Assembly (NCBI GenBank): GCA_964270895.1
Contig: OZ185450.1
Source: Podarcis filfolensis
Taxonomy: Eukaryota
Reading direction: 5' to 3' (one strand)
DNA: 64,000 bases
This document shows positions 10,653 through 20,060 of this stretch, piece after piece. The position numbers were made by a program, and so were the translations under genes. Under the pieces are notes generated by a model. It did no database searches. It was not told the DNA's origin and was given only the letters and a program-made list of their open reading frames with translations. Each line of letters opens with the position of its first letter. The first letter of the stretch is position 1.

Positions 10653-11187
10653 GTGAGTCGTGTGGGGTGCTGCCCTGCAGCCTTGGCTGCTGCCTCATTC
10701 CGGTGACTGCATGCAGAAGGAACCTGCTTCAGTCCCTGGCACCTCCAGGTGGGCCCGAGATTGTTCCCCCTTGAAGCCCTGGAGAGCTGCTGCCAGCCAA
10801 TGTAGTGTAAGTCAACCTTGGGTTACCCAGATGAGACTACAATTCCCATCATCCTTGACCAGTGGCGAGACTGGCTGGGGATGATGGGAGTTGTAGTCCA
10901 ACAGCAGGGGGAAGAACACAGGTGCAGACAACACGGATCAGCGGTCTGAACTCTGTGTAAGACACTTTCCTATGTCCCTAGATTCCCCTGCTCTCCAGTT
11001 TTCTGTTTATGTTGAGACCACATTAATATTCATTAACTGCTAAGTTACAATGAGCTAATTGCATAATGGCTTTACCAATGTCTCCCACTTGCACGGGTCG
11101 GCCACATCTCATGGTGTGACCTGTGGGAACTTGGCCCCAAGTTAACAGATGGCTAGGAAACCACCTGCTTTTTAAAACCGACATAGG

Positions 11188-11365
11188 GAATATAGGAAGC
11201 TGCCTTTTGCAGAGTCAGGCCCTTGGTCCATCTAGCTCAGTACTGTCTACACTGACTGGCAGCACCTCTGCAAGATTTCAGACAGGGAGATCCCCAGGAA
11301 ATGCCATTGGAGAATAAACCTGGGACCTTCCGCATGCAAAGGGCATGCTCTACTCCTTAACTACA
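11188..11365 (-). mobile_element. tRNA-derived SINE
   Basis: CCTGGGACCTTCCGCATGCAAA head and AGGAAGCTGCC...GGTCCATCTAGCTCAG tail. Relatives near 5603-5670, 32200-32345, 53450-53550, 60005-60185 and 62400-62460. Confidence 0.65.
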
Positions 11366-11640
11366 TCCCTTTCCCTGGGTAGGATATTGCGGTCATAAGC
11401 AGGTAGTGCCTGCATACTTTCAACCTTTGCATCCATGAGGACTATAAACTTGCTTGCTTTATCTATGGAAGGAAGAAAACTGGGGTTCTTAGAATTCCCC
11501 ATCTTTGTCTAGATCTCCAGCACTTACATGCACCAAATACACAGTTCTGTGATTTGCTAACAAATACCTCTCTCTCTCTCTTTGTCCATCTGTCTGTCTG
11601 TCTGTCTGTCTCTCTTTCATCTGGCTTCACTGGCCATAAG

Positions 11641-11693
11641 GCACTAACGAAGTGATGAGAATGATCGTGGCCAGGAATTTGCTACAGGCATAG
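11641..11693 (+). CDS. ACAD8: ACAD8 exon 11 coding part (GTNEVMRMIVARNLLQA*)
   Basis: AAG acceptor 11639-11640 completes EG-TNEV; TAG stop 11691-11693. Confidence 0.95.
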
Positions 11694-12243
11694 CGTCAGG
11701 AGCTGGTCTTCAGACCCTTGCTTTGCGGGATACGAATTTGAAAAAAGAGTTTGGAGGAGAGTTTTCTTTTTCACCACCTGCACTCCACCCACCCACTGAT
11801 CTCTGCCCCGATGGGCATGGCTCAAAACCCACCAGGTGGCAGATGGTGAATGCAGAGCCTTTGCCCCCAAAAGGCCAGCTGCAGCCCCGTTTCTCTGGTC
11901 CTCCAAAAGAAACACAGCACTGGCTGAAACTAAACAGCCTGCATCCTCTCCAGCATTTCAAGTTAGCTCCCAATTCCTGAAGGCAGGAGCTACAGTCTTT
12001 TGATGGGCTTTGATACCAGAGCCTTGCAATGCGGGTGGGCAGAAGGAAGAGAAAATCCGTTCTGGGTTTTGCACAGGTTGGGGGAAAGGGATAAGCTTGT
12101 TACATCCTTATTTCCTAGAGAGTACACATTTTCCCCAGGGGAAAACCACAAAGGCCTTTTAAGCTTTGCCTTTTCTTTCAAGACACAGGTCCTCTTTTTT
12201 TAGGTCAAGTTGGCAGGTGAGGAGGAGATCTCTCTTACTAAAT

Positions 12244-12370
12244 CAGGGGTGGCTAAATCCAGATGTTGCTGACATCTCCCATCAGCACCGGAGTCAGCAT
12301 AGCCATCGGTTAGGGATGATGGAAGTTGTAGTTCTGCAATATCTGGAAGGCCGCAACTTAGCCCCTCCTG
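12244..12370. mobile_element. Palindromic hAT-type MITE downstream of the ACAD8 stop (likely 3' UTR)
   Basis: Imperfect TIR CAGGGGTGGCTAA / TTAGCCCCTCCTG; TSD-like TACTAAAT / TAGTAAAC; core CCAGATGTTG...CTCCCATCA...TGATGGAAG...ATCTGG. Confidence 0.65.
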
Positions 12371-12661
12371 TAGTAAACCCAAAGGAGCAGGAACCTGCAG
12401 CCTTCCATAGCTCTCATTATTCCTGGCCATGTTTGCTAGAGCTGATGGAAGTCGGAGTTGGTAGTCCTCCAGGACTACAGGTTCCCCACGTCTATTAAAC
12501 CTCATGGCAACCCCCTCGATTTCCACCAAAGCTCGCTCTGTCTCCCACCATCGTTCAGATGGTGCTAATCCTCTTCACGATCAGATCATTTTGGCTGCAG
12601 CAGGAAAGCCTTTTGACGCACAACTGGGTCTCAATCTGGCAATTTCCAGCGGGCCAATAGC

Positions 12662-12667
12662 ACAAAG
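12662..12667 (+). terminator. Candidate ACAD8 polyadenylation signal (proximal)
   Basis: AATAAA about 970 nt after the stop, followed by T/GT-rich sequence. No transcript data. Confidence 0.45.
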
Positions 12668-13868
12668 AGTGTCAAGAGTGTTGATCCAGGTCATTTTCTT
12701 TTACTACTCCATGCTGGAATCAATAAATTGCTGTTTCTAACTTGGTTTGCATTGTCATTTCCCCCCTTATTATTTTGGTTAAGAGCACAATCCTGCTGAT
12801 GTGCCTTTTGCTGCTTTTTCCTGTACCTCAGCCTTAAGAGAGCGTTGCAAGGCTGGCAGATTGAGGTGGTCTTCAGGTGGATTGGTGTTGGGAAGGAAGC
12901 AGGGATGAGAGGCCACCTTGCATTAGGTTTCTCAATGCCATCGGAAGGACCTGTGCAGGCGAGTGCCCTCCACAAAGTGGCTGCTTATGCATCATCAAAA
13001 AAGAGGACAGATCCGCATTCGCTTATATATAGGTGACAGTTTAGACCACCATAATTTAAATATTCATTTATTTATGTTTTGCATTCACATCTCCGCTCAG
13101 GGTGGAGCTTAGGGTAGTATACATGGTTCTCTCCCCCTCCCTTCACAACAACGCTGCGAGGTAGGAGAGAGTGACTGGCCCAAAGTCATCCAGGGAGCTT
13201 CACGGCCTGGTGGGGATTTGAGCCCTGATCTCCCAGGTCCTAGTCTGACATTCTGGTCACATTCACATCGTACATTTTAAAGAGCTATGATTCCACTTTA
13301 AACAGTCATGGCTCCCCCCCCCCCCGAATTATGGGAAGTATACCGGTAACTCTGTGGTTTCTGACGTAAGAGTGTGCAGGGCCAGTGTGATTGTGAATGC
13401 CAGCAAAAATCTGAGCAAAAGAAGGCGGTCAGACCTGTTCCTCCTATCTCTCCTTCTTTTCTTAAAAAGTTTTTAAAAATTGTGTGTGTGTGTATGTATG
13501 TATATATATAACTTTTTTAAAGAAGATAATATACAAACAGATCAGCAAAAAGAAAGCAGCATGGCGTATTGGCTTTCTCCTGGTTACGTCCAACTGCTTA
13601 TATTCCTTTGCATCATTATATTTACAAAGGAACAAGGATTTACACTTCTCTTTCATCTTCATAAGAGTTGGAAGGTACCAAGGCTCATCTACTCCAACCT
13701 CCTGCAATGCAGGCATGTGTTTGTTGCTGGGAAAGCGAGATACAAACAGAGAACCAAACCAAAACCATTGTTTGCTGCTATTTATTGGTCGTGTGTCTCA
13801 CGTAGGAGTGTCCCAAAGCGACCTAAGGATGGCGGCTGAGGGTCATGCTCCTTATCAGCTATATGTGC

Positions 13869-13874
13869 AATAAA
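13869..13874 (+). terminator. Candidate ACAD8 polyadenylation signal (distal)
   Basis: AATAAA followed by T-rich sequence. No transcript data. Confidence 0.35.
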
Positions 13875-14360
13875 ACACTGCCAAATGGTATAAAATGTGA
13901 CCTTTGCCTTTTGATTCCGTAGGATCTGTATCTGGTTAGTTAATCTCCCTGTTAAAGTGACCTCCTAGATTTTCAGGTACAAACATTCCAGCATCTTACT
14001 GTCCAAATCATTCCAGTGCCTTCCAACTGACAGTTGGGCCACTGCAAAAAATAAAAAGAAAGAAATCCCCCAACTTACTTATGGGCAACACCTTTCCCTG
14101 GAAGTGGGTCCATGAGTGGGTCTCTGGTTTGTGTCACAAGCCTATGCCTTGAATATTTTCAGGACCTAAAAATCTCCCTGCTCTGTCTTCATTTCTGGAA
14201 TGGCTGCCTTAGGACAGCACCATTGCATCCCACAACAGTCCATTCCCAACTGCGGAACTGGCCACGCCAAACTTCCTACCTTGTTGCCATTGCAGGGTAT
14301 ATCCCCAAATAGCTTCTCTAGACACTCAGAGAGTCTGGAGAAGAGCTCTGTACAAGAAAG

Positions 14361-14525
14361 CAGTGGCGTAGCGTGGGGGTGCAGGAGGGGCCGGCCGCAC
14401 CGGGCGCAACATCTGGGGGCGCGCGCTCGCACTCGCAGCTCTCTGCCCCCTGCTAAAATCCACAGGTTAGGGGGCGCAAATTACTTGCCTTGCCCCGGGT
14501 GCTGACAACCCACACTACGCCACTG
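14361..14525. mobile_element. hAT (Tip100-like) MITE, 165 bp
   Basis: Perfect 11-bp TIR CAGTGGCGTAG / CTACGCCACTG; perfect TSD CAAGAAAG (14353-14360, 14526-14533). Confidence 0.88.
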
Positions 14526-14533
14526 CAAGAAAG

Positions 14534-14870
14534 AGAGTTTTACAACCTTAAGTGACTCCCTTAAGAGGCCAGGTTGCAGCGTCTGAGACTTTTTAGTATA
14601 GAGAAAATTTGGGCAAGAGGTGACATGACAGAAGTTCATAAAATTATGCACGGCATGAAGGAAGCGGATAGTGAAAAGGTTTTTTCTTCCTGGAACTCGG
14701 GAGACATCCCATGAAGCTGAACGCTGGAAGATTCAAGGCACATAAAATTAAGTGCTTCTTGACGCAACACATAGTTAAACTGTGGAATTCCCTCCCACAG
14801 GAGGCAGGGATGGCCATGAAAGTGGATGGCTTTAAAAAGCCGAGCAAATTGTGTAGAAGACAATAACTAC
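14534..14870 (+). mobile_element. CR1 LINE fragment, degraded
   Basis: Resembles the CR1 ORF2 end (LFS.EKR.RGD...GH.MKL...F.Q.IVKLWNSLPQE). Confidence 0.65.
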
Positions 14871-15674
14871 TGTGTTTTCCACTTCATAAGACACACTTTT
14901 TTTCCTTCCTAAAAAGTAAGGGGAAATGTCTGTGCATCTTATGGAGCAAATGCATGGTTCCTGGAGCCGAATTGCCCAGGGGCAAAAAGCAGATCGTGCT
15001 CTTATTTTTTGAAAGAGGGAAGTGGGTGTGGAAACAAAGCTGCTGATTGTTTGCTGATTGGGGAGAGAGATAAGGGATGCTAGAGATAAAGGAGGCTGCC
15101 TGGGAGGGGGGATGTAAAGACAGCAAACTTGCCAAGGGGGGGGGGGACAGGAAGACTAAAGCAATAAGGAGAGAAATTAGAAGAAGAGGAGCAAAAAACT
15201 GCTCCAGCTAAGGAAAAGACATGAAGGCAAACGAGGGAAGGGAGTGTTGGAAGGAAACAGCTGATCAGTGGGATCGAAAGAGAGATAAGGGACACTAGCG
15301 GAGGCTGCCTGTGAGAGGGGAGGTAAAAGCCCATGGATCCTCAGGATTTGTGCATTGGGTCACCCCAAATTCAACATCAGATCACATAGCATGTCCATGG
15401 CTACAGCGTGCACCAAAAAAACACGCACCCACTGTTGTGTGGGGCCGCAATGGCACAAAACATGGGATCAAAGCACAGATCCACATGGATCCTCAGGTTT
15501 TTTGCATTGGGTCACCCCAAATTCACCATCAGATCACATGTCTGTGGCCACAGCATGAACCACAAAAATCATACATCCACTGTTTCGTTGAGAATATTTG
15601 TTTTCTTGTTTTCCTCCTCTAAAAGCTAGGTGTGTCTTATGGAGCGAAAAATACAGTAATGAGTGCTGGAATGC

Positions 15675-16170
15675 AAAGAGGTAAAGTGTGGTGGACTTGT
15701 AAAGAGGTAAAGGCTTTCTGGGAAATGATACATAATGAGTTAAAGAAAATGTTTAAAAATACTTTTGTTAAAAAGCCAGAAGCCTTTTTATTGGGTATAG
15801 TGGGTGAAGAGATACCAAGGGAAGATAAAAACCTGTTTATGTATGCAACAACTGCAGCAGTAATTCTCTTGGCCCAAAAATGGAAACAACAGGAGGTACC
15901 AGTGAAAGAAGAGTGGCAGATGAAGATGATGGACTTTGCAAAACTGGCGAAGCTGACAGGAAAAATCCGAAACCAGCAAGATCAAGTATTCCAAAAGGAC
16001 TGGAGTTAATTTATACGATATCTGAAAGATTATTGTAAGCAATTAACATCACTAGCAGGGTTGTCTGAAGACTTTTGTAATGAGTGTAATTAGAATTAGA
16101 AAATGTACAAAACGCAATGATATAAAGGTTAATTTTGAAAGCCATGAGGCGGGAGGGAAGGAAGTCGATG
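15675..16170 (+). mobile_element. L1-clade LINE 3' fragment
   Basis: WWTCKEVKAFWEMIHNELKKMFKNTFVKKPEAFLLG... is homologous to the 1-935 copy. Confidence 0.8.
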
Positions 16171-16269
16171 GGCTCTAAAGAGCCAGGGAGTGTGTATGTG
16201 TGTGTGTGTGTGTCTGGGCAAATTGATGGAGAGAGAAATTGATGACTACTTGTCATGATGGCTAGGCTC

Positions 16270-16460
16270 TTTCTCCATAGTCAGAAGCAGGAATGTTTCT
16301 GCATGGCAGTTGCTGGAAACCACAGGCAGGGAGAGTGCTATTGAGCTCTGGCCTTGCTTGCCGTTTTTCCACTGGCATCTGTTGGTCCACTGTGAGAAGA
16401 GGATGCTGGACTAGATGGACCATTGTGCTGATCCAGCTAGGGCTCTCCTTATATTCTGAT
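16270..16460 (+). mobile_element. CR1-type 3' UTR fragment
   Basis: TTGCTGGAAAC...CACTGTGAGAA..GGATGCTGGACTAGATGG motif, shared with 53690-53950 and 61915-62210. Confidence 0.6.
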
Positions 16461-16639
16461 AAATGCCAGTTCCTTTGGCCTGAAAAGCAAGATAAGCGTC
16501 ATGCCCCATAGTTGCCTCTGACTGGACTTAACCATCCAGGGGTCCTTTACCTTTACCTTACCTTTGTTCTTAATTCTGGCAGGATAACCAAAGGGCCTGC
16601 CATCCTAAGTACTGTACACTTCCTACGTAGCAGGGATTA

Positions 16640-16865
16640 CAGTGGTACCTCGGGTTACAGACACTTCAGGTTACAGACTCCGCTTACCCAGAAATAGTGC
16701 TTCAGGTTAAGAACTTTGCTTCAGGATGAGAACAGAAATCATGCTCTGGCGGCACGGGGGCAGCAGGAGGCCCCATTAGCTAAAGTGGTGCTTCAGGTTA
16801 AGAACAGTTTCAGGTTAAGAACGGACCTCCGGAACTAATTAAGTTCTTAACCTGAGGTACCACTG
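16640..16865. mobile_element. Tc1/mariner (Tigger/pogo-like) MITE, 226 bp
   Basis: TIR CAGTGGTACCTC(G/A)GGTTA; TA on both flanks (16638-16639, 16866-16867); internal CAGGTTAAGAAC repeats. Confidence 0.87.
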
Positions 16866-17899
16866 TACTTTGTTTAAATAGAAGAAATCAACAGTATTGC
16901 CAACAAGCGAGGATTGGGGTCAAAAATTCAGGGCCCCAAATGCAGCAGAGTTGGTTTACCATACTTTGAGGTGAACTAGGAAACATCTCAAAAAGGCAGG
17001 GATGGGATGTACTATTAAGTTCAGAGTCTAAGATTACTCAGTAGCAACACAGGAAATCAAGCAGCAGCAGCTTTTCTGATAAGATAGGGTTTCAGACTGG
17101 AGCTAAGGGTTTGCATATCTGAATGTTTTCCCTGTGCATATGCCCGAATCCACACACACTCGCATAAAATACTCTGTACATGGAGAAATCTAGCAGATAA
17201 CGTTGAGGGTTTCTATGCTAGCTTTCTGTGTGCATGAAGCTTTGTTTCTGGAGGACTACATCCCAGCCCCTCGCTTGCAATTTCCTGACTTATCCAAGAA
17301 AAGCTTATCAGTCAATTCTGTTGAGTCACCCAGGTGTGTATGTCCCTCAGAGCTCTGCCTTAATAAACCTGTTTAGCAGGACTGCGTTGACGGTGTTGAT
17401 AAAGAGGGTGCTGCTGAGCCTGTACAGAGTGCACTCCTGCAACCACCGGAATGAAAAGTCGCCCTCTCCAGTCGGGCCCATGTTCCCCAAGCAGGTGAAA
17501 AATGCACCGCTGCAACCGATCCCAGGGGAGAGTCGCCTGCTCCAACCCAACTTCTGAACCGTGCTAGCAACCATCTGCCAAAGGGCAGGCAGCTGCCCAG
17601 GCACCCGCAGCTTCATACAGAGTGCACTGCAGCACCCGCCCAAAGGGAGACGAACCTGCTCAGTCCAGCATGTTGGCAGACAACTGCCCAGGTGCACGGA
17701 GCCTTTGAGCATGTGCAAAGTGCACTCCGGCAGCTATCCCTAAGGGAGAGTGACCTGATCAGTCCAGCTCCACTTCTGAGCGTGCAGGCGGCCAGCTGCC
17801 AACGGGCAAGCCGGCTGCCCAGGATCGCCCAGCCTCTGAGCATGTGCAGAGCTCCAGCATTGCTTTCTGCCCCCCCCCGCCCCTTTGCTTTTTGCACGG

Positions 17900-18480
17900 C
17901 ATGGCACCTCGCCAGCCTAAGGCGCTCGCGAGGGGGAACAGGTGGGAGAGCGGGTGCCTTAGAATGCAGAGAGCGAAGCATGATCGACGGGGGAACGCCC
18001 GCCCAATCAGGAACGATAGACTGGTCCCGCCTCCCGCGGCGCGACACCGGCCAATCGCCTGGAGGGACCGGGCCGACGCTCCCGCCCTCCGCTCTCGGCG
18101 CTTCGGCGGCGGCCAACGACGACCGAGCGAAGGTGCCTCCCTCCCTCCAATGGGAGGCGCCCGTGTTGGTAACGGCGCCGCCAATGGTAGCGAGAGTCGG
18201 AGTCCCTGGTAACGGAGCCGGGGCTGCGCCGGGCCGCCTCCAAAGCATGTGGAGCTGCGGGGGGCGCCGGCGGCGGCGTCTCTTCGCGGGCGCCTTCCTG
18301 CTGGTGTTGGCCATCGTCGTGCTGAGCAGGTGAGAGGAGCCGCTGAGGAGAAAGGGGCGGGGCCTGGACGCGATATGCTAATCTGGCCCCGCCTCCTGCC
18401 GGCCGAGCCCCGCCCTTCCCTAGGAGGGCTCCGCCCATGCCCATGTATGGGCAAAAGACCCCCCCCCATTCCATCCACCC
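17900..18480 (+). promoter_or_regulatory. CpG-island promoter of the GLB1L2-like gene
   Basis: Dense CG dinucleotides in an otherwise CpG-poor window; CCAAT at 18003, 18051, 18147 and 18181; several GC boxes (CCGCCC); spans coding exon 1. Confidence 0.85.
18247..18329 (+). CDS. GLB1L2: GLB1L2 exon 1 (MWSCGGRRRRRLFAGAFLLVLAIVVLSR)
   Basis: ATG in the CpG island; Arg cluster + hydrophobic stretch; GTGAGA donor at 18330; phase 2 matches exon 2. Confidence 0.85.
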
Positions 18481-18714
18481 TTTGGAGCGCCCATAGACCC
18501 TTCATCCCTCTTCCTCCCAGCCCCATTCTAGTGGGAGGAAGTTAAATCCAGGCTTCTCCTCTTTTACTCCTAGGGTGACCCCCACCCACCTTCAATGGAA
18601 CATGTTTTCACCATGGTCCTCTGCCCCCCATTTTTGCCTCCCCCCACCTTTCCAAATTATATACAGCATAAGGTTGCTTTAGGTATAAAGAGTGAACCTA
18701 CCTCGCAAGGTTGT

Positions 18715-19025
18715 TCATAGAATTGGACAAGTTGGACTGGAACCAGGGGTCATCTAGTCCAGCCCCCTGCACAACTAGATCATCCATGAGAGATGGCCAT
18801 CCAACCTCTGCTAAAAACCTTTCAATGAAGGGGAGGCCGCCACCTCCAAAGGGAGTCAGCTCCACCGTCGAACAGCTCTTCCCATCAGAAAGTTCTTCTT
18901 GACATTTAGTGGGAATCTCCTTTCTTGTAACTTGAAGTTCAGGTCCTACCCTCCAGAACAGGAGAAAACAAGCTAGCTCCATCTTCCATGTGACAGCCCT
19001 TTAGGTATTTGAAGATGGCTATCAT
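18715..19025 (-). mobile_element. CR1 LINE 3' fragment
   Basis: Colinear with 2107-2432 and 54890-55200. Confidence 0.7.
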
Positions 19026-19276
19026 GAAGCTTTTCCTGTTCACATGCTCTGTCTCTGCAAATCAAACTGCTCTAATGATCTTAGAGATAGGGGGGGGGGA
19101 AATAGCACCCCAAGATGCAGGACCTATTTTGTAGAACTTCTCTAAGGAGATGTGCGAGTCTAGTTCTCCTCAGAATTGTACACAACCATATTAATTGACA
19201 GGTACGTTTGTCAACTGATTAGAAATGACCAGCTGGTTGGTTCAGAAATCAGCAGTTCTCTTCAGCAGAACCTGAA

Positions 19277-19360
19277 GGGTTAGCTCAGTCAGTAGAGCAG
19301 TAGACTCTTAATCTCAGGGTTGTGGGTTTGAGCAAAAGGTTGGGCAGAGATATTACATTA
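19277..19360 (+). mobile_element. tRNA-Lys(CTT)-derived SINE head, degenerate
   Basis: TAGCTCAGTCAGTAGAGCAGTAGACTCTTAATCTCAGGGTTGTGGGTTTGAGC resembles tRNA-Lys-CTT; T-arm and B box are damaged. Confidence 0.75.
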
Positions 19361-19914
19361 GCCCATGCCAGCAAGGTCAGTGGTGAAGAATGATGGGAGT
19401 TGATTTTACGGATGACTTATTAAAAACATGGTGTACTAAACTGCATTTTTTAAAATGTCTGAGAAGGTCCATTTGCAATTTCTCAAGCTTGCTGCCTGTA
19501 CCCTGGTCTCTAACCATTAAATCTTTGAACTGGGGCATGTATAGTTACTCCAGGGTGCATACATAGACAGGAAGGTGCTCTCCAGTGCACTTTAGTTCTT
19601 TTTGAGAATCATAGGAGAGAGAACTCAAAGTTTTCTAGTATATCTTTAACCAAAATGAGAAACTTCCTCCATCTTCTTAAATCAGTGTCAGATGGGCAAT
19701 TCCAAGGTAAAAAAGATAAGAGAGGAAGAAGGAACTCTTAGCAATATGCAGAAGGGTGGGTGAGTGTTAACAACGATATGAGTGTGTCCTGTTCTCATCT
19801 GAAATATTGAAACATTTGTAAGCAGCCTGGCTTGATTGATTGTGCTTTTCTAGGCAGTTTGCCCCTGCAGCCCTCCATCAGAGATTCACATTACCTCTCT
19901 CCTTAGCTCAAGAC

Positions 19915-20060
19915 CAAGGCATTTAAAGCACATCCCAATCCTCAAGCAATCCTGGGAACTGTAGTTTCTTAAGGGTTCTGGCAAGTTGTAGCAATGTGAA
20001 GGGTAAGCTGCATTTCCCAGGATTTTTGGGGTGGGTGGGGGATGTGCTTTAAATGTATGG
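19915..20060. mobile_element. Hairpin MITE-like repeat
   Basis: Perfect 16-bp inverted repeat ATTTAAAGCACATCCC (19921-19936) / GGGATGTGCTTTAAAT (20039-20054) around a GGGAACTGTAGTTT core; core relatives near 8200-8260, 13270-13345, 29675-29930 and 50920-50990. Confidence 0.6.

Noticed and set aside
15332-15570. CRISPR-like or other prokaryotic repeat array
   Set aside because: Only two long units without unique equal-length spacers, no cas genes, and a vertebrate context.
17613-18545. Long ORFs (213-255 aa) on both strands over the CpG island, including an in-frame N-terminal extension of GLB1L2 from ATGs at 17842 and 17980
   Set aside because: Stop codons are rare in GC-rich DNA and the peptides are low-complexity. 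These ATGs lie upstream of or among the CCAAT boxes, and the ATG at 18247 matches the homologous start.
19277-19350. Functional tRNA-Lys(CTT) gene
   Set aside because: The acceptor stem and T-arm are broken (GTTTGAGCAAAAGG), there is no poly-T terminator, and it continues into SINE-like sequence. It is the same family as 53150-53283.
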